A DNA stretch of 64,000 nucleotides from Lytechinus pictus (GCF_037042905.1 NC_087250.1:4466001-4530000); one strand, 5' to 3'. Positions 11,672 to 23,111 are shown, counted from the stretch's first letter. Numbers and translations are program-made. The notes: a model not told the origin generated them from the letters alone.

Positions 11672-14600
11672 GATGATGATGGTGATGAAGATGATTATGG
11701 TGATGATGATAAAGATGATTATGATGATGATGATTATGATGATGATGATGATGGTGATGAAGATGATGATGATAATGGTGATGAAGATGATGATGGTGAA
11801 AATTATGATGATGATGACGATGATGATGGTGATGATGATGAGGATCGTTATGACGATATTTACAAGTAGGACAATGCCAATTAGTGATTAGGAGTGTGAA
11901 AGTGCCTTAGATGATAATTACGATATTTTAGGCTGTTAAGATGGATTCTTCTTTTTAATAAGATTTGCTAAGAACTTTAGATATGCGTAAAAACAAAATT
12001 AAAGAAATATCCTTCGTTAATACATATTTCCTTGAATATGATCTTCTTTCAGGTGATGGGTAGCCTTGCAGCTCAGCGCCCTAGGCACAATAGCAAGATA
12101 TCGGGGATCCTTGTCAAGAGAAACTTTAACTATCACATCATGGCACCGTCTGACTTATCAGGTAATTAGTCCAGTTTAATACTTGGTCTGCTTCCCAGAT
12201 AGTCTTGCTATATGGGCTGAACCCATTTGTTCTAATTGCCATTTAGTCAGCACTGCAAACGGTCTAATTTTGTACAAAGATTTAATTGATTTAATATCCA
12301 CTTTGTCTGCTTATTATTTTGCACTTTGTTGAATGAAAGCTTGGTTCATAAGCAGTTCGTCTTACCATATGGAGGAAGTGAGGTTATACCAAATGGATAT
12401 CAGACGGATCGGGTTTATAATTTGAAACGAGATAATAATAATAATAATGATAACGGCATATTTACCCAGGGTAGCCACTTCAGTTCCGAAAACTGTTCTC
12501 CCAGCGGGCCCTGCTATTATCATTACCCTGGCTTTAGCACGGCTACCTTGATGAGGCGGTCGAGCATTCAAGGAATTTCTTCCTACCGGGTACCCATTTA
12601 CCTCTCCTGGGTCAAGTTCTGCACAATGTGGATAAATTTTTTGCCGAAGGAAATTACGCCATGGCTGGGAATCGAACCCACGACCCTCTGTTTCAAAGTC
12701 CGGACACTAATCCACTGGGCCACAACGTTTTATGAGATCAAACGGTAAATGAGCTCGATGAAAATTAGAAGTTAATAAACTGGTCCTAGACAAACTAGCT
12801 TTACACCATGTTGGAAATGGCGAAATGGAAATTACAGGAAGGATATGAAGACCAGTTGGCATTTTACTGTGTGAAATTTTGGGTACCATGTCAAAAGTCC
12901 GAGCCTCGTCTCTCGTGCGAAAATCAGTCAAGTGGGCTTTCATTACCAATGCAAGAAAGCCGCTATGAAAAGATGCATAGTGCCTTCATTGCAGGATTCC
13001 TGTCAAAAGACGAGGCAAAGACTTTTCTGACCACCCCCCCCCCCCCTTCTATCACAAAGCCCTTCTTTCTATAATTCTTATTTTCAGAGTACACGGATCT
13101 AGCTGTTCGAAACATGACTCGGCTCCAGAGCATCGCCTTCCATGTCCCGCCTCTCTCTCACGGAGCCCTTCTTTCTGTAATTCTTTTTTCAGAGTACACG
13201 GATCTAGCTGTTTGAAATGTGACTTAGCGTCAGAGCATCACCTACATGTACCATGTCCCGCCTCTCTCTCTCACGGAGCCCTTCTTTCTGTAATTCTTAT
13301 TTTCAGAGTACACGGATCTAGCTGTTAGCAATGTTACTCAGCGTCAGAGCATTGCCTACCATGTCCAGTCTCTCTCACGAAGCCCTTCTTTCTGTAATTC
13401 TTATTTTTAGAGGACACGGATCTAGCTGTTCGAAACATGACTCGGCGCCAGAACATCGCCTACCATGTCCGTCTCTCTCTCTCACAAAGCCCTTCTTTCT
13501 GTAATTATTTTCAGAGTACACGGATCTAGCTGTTAGCAACGTAACCCAGCGCCAGAGCATCGCCTACCATGCCCCGCTCTCTCTTCTCACGCACTACCTC
13601 ACCCAGTTGTCGACCGACCTGGAATATACGGAGCTCAACGACAAGCCCGCTCTCCGTATCTTTGGTGAAATCAACATTGTCCATGACCCAGCTGCAAGGG
13701 TTATAACATTAGAAGTGAGTCATTCTTCCCCTTTTTGGTTTATTTCTAATTCGTCCAATTGTCAACTCATCTGCTATCATTTGGTCTACTATCAGTTCAT
13801 CCACTATCCACATGGTCTAATTGCCATTTTGTCCAATCACCATTTTGTCTAATAACCAGATGGAGTCCATATACTATTTGGACTAATTGGACAAAGTGTT
13901 AATTGTGCAAAATGAATAAAAATGAAATGGATATTGAACCAACTGGTTATGAGACGAAATGGTCATAGATGAAATGGTGATTAGACAAAGTGATGATGGA
14001 CCAAATTGTTGTTAGACAAAATTTTGATGGACGGAATGGCATTAGACTAAATGAAAGTAGACCATTTAGTGGGTGGACAAATTGGCAATTTACCCCCTTT
14101 TCAAAAGCCATTGTATTAGTTACAAAATAATGATGATGATAGTCTGGTCAGTTATAAGTCATTGAACAACTATGTTATTTGAGCAATTAGAATGCAAAGT
14201 ATCACCCTTTCATGAAATTCATCTCCCATTGACTCTGTAGTACAAAATTGAGCCATTTTCGGCATGACATTGCCTCTTAAAAGAAATGGGGTGTCCCCAA
14301 GCTGTACCCCTATGTGACTAGTTGTGTCTCAAAACCTGTGCGGGACTTCAAAGAAAATAATCATGAAAGTTTGCAGCGCTTCCTTTGTGTGTTCCAAAAA
14401 AATCAGGCCAACCTTTGAGGGGGGGGGGGCAGGCTTTTTAAGGTTGATACTATAACGCTAAATGTTCACAGGTTGTTGTTATCCATTCATCAGATACAAT
14501 CAGTCATTCCTACACACAATATATGTAACTGGCATGTATCCTAATTTAACTCTTAACATGTCCCATCAATTTCGATTGAAAACTAGTGAATTTTCTTTTT

Positions 14601-17600
14601 GAAGTTTAGGAAAATATTGAAAGGCCTTGCCTGGTGTGTAATTAATTGGAAATTAATCCACATACACAACACAAGAGGCATTGTTATTTTGCAAAGCCTG
14701 TACTGTCATCATTAAAGAGAAAATGAATTATTACAATCACAGATAATACATACACTTGCACGAAAAATGACAAGGGTTATTTGTTGAATAAATTTCCATT
14801 TTGAGGAATAATGAAATTATATTATATCTGAATGTTGAATATGGGTTGCCATTTTGAGGAATGAGATCATTAATGCTGTATGAATTGTTTGTGTTCCAGT
14901 GGGTTGCCAATGCTGAGAATGACATGTACGCTGATGCTGTCATGACGGTAGTAGTGAGGGTTGCTTCCGATCCAGACGCTCAGAAATGTAAGTATATCCT
15001 TATATTCATTCATTCAATGTTTCTAGAGAATATACAGAAATAGGGGCAAAAGGGTTGAACAGCATCCCGTTTACAAGATATAGGCTAAGGGCCCGATAAT
15101 AATGATAATAATAATATTCCACTTTTATATAGCGCTTAATACATCGGAAAGGCGTGTCTAAGGGGTTTACAGATTACAGAATAATACCCTGGTCATCGGA
15201 TTCAATCAGTCTTTCCCACACACAATATATGCACATCCTCCACTCCCTGGGGAGTATTCCAGTCAGTTGCCGATGAGATGCACACAGTACTGGACAAGCT
15301 ACAATGACTTTCACATCCTACCGGGTACCCATTTAGCACCTGGGTCAAGAGTGGCAGTGTGGATTAGCGCGTTGCCAAAAGACACAAGACAATGGTGGGA
15401 ACCGAACACATGACCCTCTGTTTACAGGGCGAGAGTCAAAACCACTACACCACGGGTCCACGGCCCCTCCACAGAAAGAGTTAAGTTTAGCGCAACTTAA
15501 AAAAATCAAGCTCAAGTTCCTTATACAGTCCAGTCTTTCATTACTTGAAATCAAGCTGCATTTCATTGCAACTCTTTGTACAACAGGCCCAAGATCAAAT
15601 GAATGTATATAACATAAAATAATATAAGCAGTTATATATCAACAACAAAAACTAGTATATAATTATTAAATGATGAAAGTTATTCCAAGATGATATAAGT
15701 AACACCAACATATGAAGAATACGTGTGTACCACTCAGGGGCCGCGGAACGGTTTTCAATGTGGGGGGCTGATCATGCAAAAAATCACAATCATATGGTCA
15801 TTTTTACGTTTTTCTACACGGTTCAGGAAAAAAGTGGGGGGGCTGAAGCACCCCCAGCCCCCCCTCCACCCCCCCCCGCTTCCGCGGCCCCTGCCACTAA
15901 GCGGAGAGTTAGCAGGAGTGCCATGTGTGTTTGAAGGAGAGACGAGAAGACAGGAAACGAGGGGTAGATAGGATATTTTTTTTTCAATTGGTCTAATGCC
16001 AATACGTCCAACCATCAACTCATTTACTATGATTTGGTCTACCATCAGTTCGCCCACTATCCACAGGGTCTAATTGCCAGTTGGTCCAATATCCGTTGTA
16101 GTCTATATACCATTTGGTCTAGTTGGACTAAGTGTTAAATTGGGCGAGATGACTGAAAAAGGGAATTAGACCATCTGGTTGTGAGATGGTCATAGACGAA
16201 CAGGTGATCAGACAAAGTGACTGTTGGACCAAATGGTTATTGGTCCAAATGGCTGTTAGGCGAAATGATGATGGATGGAATGGCATTAGACTGAATGAAG
16301 GTAGACCATGTGATGAGTGGACGAGTTGGCAAAAGACCAATTGCCAATTAACCAATATGAAGAAGGATTAAAATGAGAGAGAACACATATTGGTGAGAAA
16401 AGAGAAAGAAACTGGGGGTGGGGAACGGAATGAAGAATAAGAGGTTAGCCTATAGAAAAGTCATGTGCCAAAGTGAATATTGATTCATCCGTTTCAAGTT
16501 TTTACCTTCAGAGGCCATTCTTCATCCCTTGCAACGATTACCAACTGGAATCTTGTCCCATTCTGTCAAGTATTCATTTGATACTCCACACTCATTTCAA
16601 CTTGTAACATTCTTCTTGCAGTCAAGCAGTTACCAGCCAAAAACGACAGCCAGGTATTCAGCGAACGTCTCATGGTCCTGCTAAGGGATATGTTCGGTCA
16701 GAGTACTGTTACAAACTTTGCTGACAGTGATGATCTTCTTGTCTGTATGGACGGCAAAGAAGCACAAGTCAACATCGAATCCCTGGTGAGAAAATTATCC
16801 TTGAAAGTTTATACATTTGTCAATTAATGATAAATACCAGTTCTGGTAACGGTCTCAAAACGAGTTCGCACAGAATCCAATAAAATGACCACCAAAGTGT
16901 TTGTATGTATAATTGAAATGTATGTGCCATATGGCTCTGGAAAAAAGGTGTGTAATTGCAGAGAAATTAGCAAAATGAGCACAGATTCCATAAAATGTTG
17001 AATATTTTTCCAATAATAATACACTGTCTCACATGTTTTTTGTGTTAGTGATCATCAGAATTATTGGTTTTCAGCTAAAATTTCATGATTTCACAAAGAT
17101 AAGTTTATTTCAGTACCAGATCTAGATCTGTCATTATATTGCGTGGCATTTAGTCTTGATTATAAAGACTTTCTCATGAAATAGTTGCTTGTTGCAAGCA
17201 AGGAGCTTTGTTGGAAGCTCCTTGTTGCAAGCTACTTTCCTTTACCTTTAAATGCACAATGTTATGAAAGAAGTTGAGCTTTCACTGTGTCCTAGACATC
17301 ATTGGGCTCCAATTCATCTTTAATCTACTGCCTTATGGAACCTCGGGGACCATGTATAAAGGTCATGGGAATCACATAATTTACTAATTTATTACTGACC
17401 ATGTACTGTTTGGTTCATAAACCAGTTCAGGTAGCCTTATAGACCAAATGGTGTTGGATAAGGAGATGTTAGGCAAAGTGGGAGTAGCCTAATTGGAAAT
17501 TAGCCAAAATAGTGTTTGGGCTATATGGTAATTAGACTAAATGGATAGTAGATCAACTGGTTGTAGACAAATAAGGATTAGAGCATCCTACAAAGAGATG

Positions 17601-18477
17601 TGATTGATACAATCAACAACAGCTATGGAAAGCCAGCAACATCAACATCTAAAATGCATGTTTGTTCAAAAAAATTTCTAGATATGAATGCATATCCATA
17701 AATTCATTGATTTCTTGACAAATTCCTGTGTTCTCCTTTGTTTACAATGGTTATTTTACAAGTTTCCTGTATAACAAAATTATGACGCTGATGGATTTCC
17801 ATAGAGTTACGATTGATTGGATCGACTGTAACTCTTTGTAAGACAGGACCCTGGGCCCTGTCTTACAAAGAGTTACGATTGATCCGATCAACCACAACTA
17901 TGGAAAGCGAGCAACATTAACATCTAAAATGCATGTTTGTTCAAATATTTTCTAGATATGAATGCATATCCATAAATACATTGATTTCTTGACAAATTGG
18001 TGTTTTCTCCTTTGTTTACAAAGGACATTTTACAAATTTCCTGTAGAAAAAAATTATGACACTGATGGATTTCCGTCTTACAAAGAGTTACGATTGATCC
18101 AATCAAACGCAACTATGAAAAGCCAGCAACATCAACATCTATAATGCATATTTGTTCAAATATTTTGTAGATATGTGTATTCATATATTCATCATTATCT
18201 TGACAATTCAACGTGCTTCCTCTTTGTTTACAAAAGGACATTGTACAAATTTTCTGTCGGAAAAAATTATGACAATGATGGCTTTGCATATATTCGAGGT
18301 TGATTGGATCAATCGCAACTCTATGTAAGACGGGCCCCAGATGGCAATTCACCAGTCTATATCCCTTATTCTTTCTTTCAGGAGGTGAAGTCTGAGGATA
18401 AGCAGCTGAAGTCCATGGTCACAACTGCTATGAAAAGATTGCATGAAGCGATTGACCCTGTTGCTATCGCCACCTAG
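1292..18477 (+). CDS. CPSF3: Cleavage and polyadenylation specificity factor subunit 3 (CPSF73; metallo-beta-lactamase/beta-CASP endonuclease), 5'-partial, 15 coding exons in window
   Basis: Exons: 1292-1355, 3042-3139, 3646-3774, 4591-4768, 5667-5756, 8305-8455, 9341-9468, 9875-10081, 10565-10711, 11325-11477, 12053-12161, 13515-13714, 14900-14987, 16622-16785, 18382-18477 (TAG). Splice phases are consistent and give 666 aa. Motifs: [25 protein letters not shown] (HxHxDH), [79 protein letters not shown], all matching CPSF73 as I recall it. The start exon was not found in 1-1291. Confidence 0.97.
1793..2278. mobile_element. Non-autonomous DNA transposon (MITE); related partial copy at ~23710-23990
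   Basis: Imperfect TIRs tgtgacc..aactccaaaaccaccaataagt / actttttgttggtttggagttggctggtcaca; the internal sequence recurs at 23710-23990. Confidence 0.65.
2351..2947. mobile_element. Kolobok-type non-autonomous DNA transposon
   Basis: TTAA TSD (2347-2350, 2948-2951); TIR aggagaatgaaac / gtttcattctcct; long imperfect internal inverted arms. Confidence 0.8.
3208..3490 (+). mobile_element. tRNA-derived SINE
   Basis: A box (ggcccggtgg) and B box (ggttcgaatccc); conserved body ccttcagcaagaaatttatccacattgt..acccaggtgaggtgaatggg; (tta)n tail. Homologous to 12432-12728 and 29763-30015. Confidence 0.85.
4185..4566. mobile_element. Kolobok-type MITE; inverted copy at 16828-17247
   Basis: ttaa-ggtaaaa...taacct-ttaa ends; its reverse complement matches 16828-17247. 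Confidence 0.75.
4775..5125. repeat. Degenerate ~50-bp tandem repeat in intron
   Basis: Recurring atttgatcagctt...tggcaacattaatattt...tagtgtta units. Confidence 0.6.
5411..5650 (+). mobile_element. tRNA-derived SINE (second family, Meta/MESC-like core)
   Basis: tggctcagtggtaga A box, degenerate B box, core gtcataccaaagactt..aaaaatg..tgcct..ttgctaggcgctcagca, (tta)n tail. Confidence 0.7.
5823..7895 (-). mobile_element. 5'-truncated non-LTR retrotransposon (CR1-group LINE) with reverse transcriptase, in a CPSF3 intron
   Basis: ORF 7915-6086 has RT motifs [45 protein letters not shown] and C-terminal [21 protein letters not shown]. The frame continues past a premature TAA (6086-6088) as [16 protein letters not shown].. 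to a natural stop near 5969, followed by a short 3' UTR and a (GAT)n tail at ~5823-5840. No endonuclease domain is present. Confidence 0.92.
6086..7895 (-). pseudogene. LINE ORF2 reverse transcriptase remnant (about 600 aa open, premature stop, N-terminally truncated)
   Basis: ORF track 6086..7915. The first residues come from the flanking microsatellite; RT homology starts near QPWINT. Confidence 0.88.
7896..8240. repeat. Degenerate (CAT)n microsatellite
   Basis: Direct reading; generates spurious poly-I/poly-M ORFs. Confidence 0.9.
8597..8660 (-). mobile_element. Very short 3'-end fragment of the same LINE family
   Basis: catcatcatcattcgtgaaagtatagtccaccgggttggtgtatcgtcgtactt closely matches the LINE 3' end at 5823-5885 (catcatcatcatccgttaaagtacagtccaccaggttggtgtatcatcgtactt). 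Confidence 0.8.
9040..9340 (+). repeat. Tandem degenerate duplications of the CPSF3 exon 9341 acceptor + exon start (3 extra copies)
   Basis: tgtag|atgagtattg-like junctions with AG ending at 9059, 9157, 9243 and the functional one at 9340. Confidence 0.85.
10095..10270. repeat. (GGT/GAT)n microsatellite
   Basis: Direct reading. Confidence 0.9.
10360..10564 (+). repeat. Tandem degenerate duplications of the CPSF3 exon 10565 acceptor + exon start (5 extra copies)
   Basis: tgttctatttatag|catgtgatgtc-like units with AG ending at 10375, 10417, 10462, 10495, 10529 and the functional one at 10564. Confidence 0.85.
10755..10990. repeat. GA-rich polypurine tract
   Basis: Almost pure G/A for about 230 bp. 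Confidence 0.9.
11480..11860. repeat. (GAT)n microsatellite directly after a splice donor
   Basis: Direct reading. Confidence 0.92.
12432..12728 (-). mobile_element. tRNA-derived SINE (same family as 3208-3490), inserted into a MITE
   Basis: Reverse complement of the tRNA head (gggaatcgaacccacgaccctctgtttcaaagtccggacactaatccactgggcc) and body; (taa)n tail at 12432-12450. Confidence 0.85.
13050..13514 (+). repeat. Tandem ~105-115-bp duplications of the CPSF3 exon 13515 acceptor + first ~70 nt of the exon (4 extra copies)
   Basis: agcccttctttctgtaattcttattttcag|agtacacggatctagctgtt units with AG ending at 13087, 13192, 13306, 13410 and the functional one at 13514. Confidence 0.92.
13735..14092. 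mobile_element. Foldback-type MITE family (other copies ~15985-16345, ~34718-35115, ~43385-43762)
   Basis: Arms built of short ggtct/gtcca repeats mirrored by tagac/tggac repeats; the same central segment (ggac.aagtgttaattg..cgaaatgaatgaaa) occurs in several copies. Confidence 0.7.
15095..15460 (-). mobile_element. tRNA-derived SINE (related copy at 39290-39650, +)
   Basis: ggtgggaaccgaacacatgaccctctgtttacagggcgagagtcaaaaccactacaccacg is a reverse tRNA head; ccgggtacccatttagcacctgggt core; (taa)n tail. Confidence 0.8.
15735..15893. mobile_element. Small MITE with 14-bp TIR and 5-bp TSD
   Basis: ccact|caggggccgcggaa ... ttccgcggcccctg|ccact. Confidence 0.85.
16828..17247. mobile_element. Kolobok-type MITE (inverted relative to 4185-4566)
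   Basis: TTAA flanks at 16824-16827 and 17248-17251; similarity to 4185-4566. Confidence 0.75.
17585..18340. mobile_element. Cluster of three adjacent ~270-bp MITEs (solo copies at 22607-22881 and ~23997-24222)
   Basis: TIR gggccc(c)gtcttacaaagagtt.cgattgatcc / ggatcaatcg.aactctttgtaagacgggccc; same internal sequence in each copy. Confidence 0.85.
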
Positions 18478-19618
18478 AAGATGGGAACTAGAAAACCAGC
18501 TATTAGAACTAGGTACCCGAATTGATAGTTCTTGACTACCTAGTCAACTACCTAGAATATTTATAATGGAGGACTGATTGTTGGACATCAGGGGTGTAGT
18601 GAAGGTCGGCTTCTGGTCCAGATTTTGCCGGCCTCGGCCTTGGGTTGAATCACATATGTACAAAGTCTATTGGAGAAGTTATTCTCCAGCTGCCTTGTGA
18701 CTTGTAAGAAATAGCCTTGACTTCATCAGTGGTTGGCACTACCAGCAGCGGCTCATAATGTCCATATTACCTTCCATGAAGGGAAGTGATAATTTAGAAC
18801 ACTGTGGACCAGATTTCAGGTATCTATCGACCCTGCTGATGTCACCTCTTATCAGCACAAAACGTCAAGATTCCTGTTGAGGAAGGCTGTAATAAGCATC
18901 GATATCAAAAAGCTGGTTGTTGTGGTTCCATGATATTTGCTCCGGTGACGATTGCTTCGCTACAAAGTCCACACATTAATGGAATGACCAACTTCAACCC
19001 TGGATTTAACACTATGCCCTATCCTAAACCTAACATAAACCCTATTGCAACCCTAACCCTCTATCTTAACAAAACAAAACTCGAAGCAATTGTCGCAGGA
19101 GCAAATGTTGTGTCACCGGATGGTGCGACATGAGGTCAAAGAATGGATTTGAAGCTTCATGCTATCGGCCGATACGAAATGATGAGGTTATATGAAACAA
19201 TAAACCTTGATGCTATCAGCACCTGGAAGGTCGTTGAGGTTGAACTGCTTCAAAGACCACTTCTGCTGCTCTCAGCCTTTCTGAGTTTGGAGGAAAGAGT
19301 ATGAATTTTTTTACCGTTTTGATTTTGAGTTCGTTTCAAAATGATATTCTTTGTTTTAAATGTTACCACACATTCCTTTTAGAAATGGGTTTGGGAGGTC
19401 TGCAAAAGACACAAAAACTCACCTACTGTCAGTGATGTCCATTGTCTTGTTATAAACTATTGAAAATCATAGTATCTGATTGACTGAGAGCAAATTAGTC
19501 TGTGAAAATTACCAACCAAATTTTTATGAAATGCCTCCCTGATCTTAATCATTTAATCACAATCGCCACTGTGTCATGAAAGAGAATTTCCTGTTGTTTT
19601 ACAATTTTTTTTTTCTAA

Positions 19619-20781
19619 AGCCCCAGTCACATATAGACCCCGAATCTGATCCGGGGTGGTCCGGGGAGAGATCCGTGTTGGCGCCTTGGGCATCCTTGGA
19701 GGTCCAGGGTGGTCCGTGTTGGTCCTTGAACGTCCGGGAGGCCAACACGGCAGTTTTTTACTGTCAAAAACATCTGGCGTCATCCGTGGACTGCCGGGTT
19801 GGCAAAGCCATCCGGGATGGTCCGTGAAGGTTCCGTGTGGCTGCCGTGTAGCCACACGTGGCTGCCTGGAGTATCCTTGGCAGTCCGTGTTCTTTTTTCC
19901 CATCAAATCTTTACAACGCTATTTACTTTATGAACTTTTCAGGAGTTGTTAAACAGTTGACACAAACATGCTTAATTTATTTATGATTAAATGGATGATT
20001 TAACGATTCAGGATATTTTCTTACGCTTTGGAGATTGGCCCCAACCTAATATTTGTAAACTTAGTGCATGTATCAATAATTCTTTTTTTTTTAAATATTT
20101 ACCCCAACTTTGTCTGTTATTACTATTTCACATTTCATTTTCTTAAAATAAATGTTATGTACCTGTTACATCAAAATTGTACATTAAGTTTTATACCACT
20201 TCCCTGCATCGACAGTTATGCGTCAGGACCTGGGCCTATCTTAATTTTTATTATGTTTTCTATTGACTTTGTAAATTTCTTTCCTTTACTGTGATTTCAA
20301 TAAAGTGATATGAAATCAAATCGAAATTAGATTTGTCGTTCAATATTTAAAGTACTTAACAACTACTGTTCAAACAGTAAACTCCGTTTTATAAAAAAAC
20401 AGCGTTTTTACTGGTTAAGGAAGTTTTAAGTTTTGATATCTTTTTTAAAAACAACATAATATAATGTTGCGACAAGGATGAAAAAAAATAAATAAATATC
20501 AGCTCATTATTATGAACAGATTTTCATTTGCCGTGCTGGTCAATATAGCTGCCATGTTGGTCCTTGAGCTGACGTGTCGGTCCGTGTAGCTGACGTGTTG
20601 GTCCGTGTTGCTGACGTGTTGGTCCTTGTTGGTCCTTGTAGCTGACGTGTTGGACCGTGTAGATGCCGTGTTTACAGTCATCAACGCTCAATCCGGGGCA
20701 AAACGATCCAGGACCTCCCCGGATCATGCTGGCATTGCCGTGTTGTTCCGTGAGGATCCGTGTTTATATGTGACTGGGGCT
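19619..20781. mobile_element. PIF/Harbinger-type non-autonomous DNA transposon
   Basis: TAA TSD (19616-19618, 20782-20784); TIR agccccagtcacatata / tatatgtgactggggct; GC-rich subterminal ggtccgtgt repeats. Confidence 0.85.
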
Positions 20782-21299
20782 TAACCGGAAGTCATAAAAA
20801 CATTATTTTACAGAATTAGAATTTGTTGGGTAAAGTTTTGCAACCTGGAACCCCCACACCTTCATAGAAGAGAAATAACTTTTAAGGAAAGTTGACTTGT
20901 GATGTGGCACACGTAAGAGATACTTCAAAATGGTCAAGTTCTTCATGAAATTCTGCAAATTCACAAATTTTCAGATTATGACTGTTGTAAAAACCTGTGT
21001 ATGTACAAGTACTCTAAACAGATGTAAATATATTTTTGTTCTTATTATTAAACGAGTATGAAAAGCAAGTTTATATTGTTTCATCTTTTTTATTTTTTTT
21101 CAGTCATACCCTCATTTGCCTGCATTGTTCTTATATTATTATAACAATGTTCATTATCTGCATAACCTGTATTATAATGCATCAAAATTGAATGAATCAA
21201 TGTTAAAACAACCAATACCCCCAACAGCCATCCCAAGGAGAAGTATAATGAAGAAACATTTATTTTCAATCCTTGTGTCAACACAGTGTGAACATACTG

Positions 21300-21625
21300 T
21301 GAACAAAATGAACACATTGTAAAAATGTGAACACACTGAGCTTACTGTGAATGCACTATAAACACACTGTGAACACCCGGTTACACACTGTGAACACCCA
21401 GTCACAAACTGTAACACACTGAACACCATGTAACACACTGTGAACACCTGGTTACACACTCTGAACACCCATTTACACACTGTGAACACCCGGTTACACA
21501 CTAACACACTGTGAACATCCGGTTACACACTGTGAACACCCGGTTACACACTGAATACCCGGTTACACACTGAACACCCATTTACACACTGTAACACACT
21601 GTGAACACCCAGTTACACACTGTAA
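21300..21625. repeat. Minisatellite, ~21-bp unit acacactgtgaacacccggtt
   Basis: Direct reading. Confidence 0.9.
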
Positions 21626-22606
21626 TTCAATGGTTTATTTTATGGAATACCAGAAATATCCCACTCGTTAGGGCCAATATTATACTCATTTGCGATTCGT
21701 AGAATATTTGCCCAAACTCTTGGAATATTTGTAATATTCCATTCTAAGCCATCCAATATATGATATAAATGTTTTATGAGCAAATTGATGCCATATTCCC
21801 ATTTGTTCTTTTGTGTTTCATTATATTATAAACAAGTTTATTCAAATTTTGTCCTCCAAAAAAAAAACACAGGTGAACAACTGGTTTAATGGATTAGCTA
21901 TTGCTGCAACCATTATTTGGAAGACATATACACACGTATGAAAATATGGAATGATTATTATATTGTGTAATAACAAAAGGGAAAGTGGGGATATGACATC
22001 ATCAGCCCACCTAAAGAATATTCGTGACGACATTTATATGACTGTTCTCTAAAAACTTTAAAATTCAATAACTTTCATTTGTTTTATCAGATTTTAATGA
22101 GCTTTTCAGCATTTTGTTTCGTGACTTGTACTCCATTTGTTTAGCTATAATCACTCTTTCAGCCCAGAGTTGCCATATAATCTATCAAATAATTGTCAAG
22201 ACATTTACCACCACATGGTTTATCTTGTACATCTTCCAGCGAATATTAGTGGATAATACATCACACTAAGCACTATTGAAATATGTTTATATATCACGAT
22301 TACATTTTAATTACATACAGGTCATATTCACATATCAGCATTCGTAATTATTGTGAAGGCATCATTAATAATAATAATAATAAAATACATTTATATAGCA
22401 CATAATACAGGAAGTATATGCGCTTCACATAGACATGAATTAAATATCTCAACTTATAATATACAATATTGTCATTGAAAAGAATATTACAATAGGATTA
22501 AATAATTAAATAAGTATACAGCATGGCATAAAACCATGCAATTTATTGTAAAACATATCTAACAATACAATAACTTAATACAACTCTTGCTAAAAGGCAG
22601 GATCTG

Positions 22607-22881
22607 GGCCCCCGTCTTACAAAGAGTTGCGATTGATCTGATCAATCGCAACTATGGAAAGCCAGCAAAGTCAACATATAACATGCATGTTTGTTTTTAA
22701 AAAAATCTAGATATGAATGTACATCCATAAATTCATTGATTTCTTGACAATTTGGTGTGATCTTCTTTGTTTACAAAGGACATTTTGCGAATTTCCTGCA
22801 GAAGAAATTATGACAATGATGGATTTTCATAGAGTTACGTTTGATTGGATCAATCGTAACTCTTTGTAAGTCGGGGGCCCT
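22607..22881. mobile_element. MITE (family of 17585-18340)
   Basis: gggcccccgtcttacaaagagttgcgattgat ... atcaatcgtaactctttgtaagtcgggggccc. Confidence 0.85.
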
Positions 22882-23111
22882 GGTTGTCATCTTTGTGATA
22901 TATCTGACATTTCTCTTTCAAGGCCCACACTTATCGCGAAACAACATTTGTGACCAGCCACCTAAAACCAAGGCTCTCCGTAAGTAGCAAAAATTGTTAT
23001 TTGCTGTTATTAAAAGTAAAATACCAATTAGCCCGACGGAAAGAGTAGTTCTTCTTTATAACGTCAAAATTTAGAATTGTAAAGGAAAAGAAAAGAAAAG
23101 AGGATATTTAA

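Noticed and set aside
11478..11891. Poly-Met extension of ORF 11352-11891
   Set aside because: Read-through past the GT donor at 11478 into a (GAT)n microsatellite; only 11325-11477 is exon.
16512..16570. Possible extra CPSF3 exon after ttcag at 16511
   Set aside because: Not needed: exon 14900-14987 joins 16622 in phase with the expected protein length, and there is no similarity to CPSF73.
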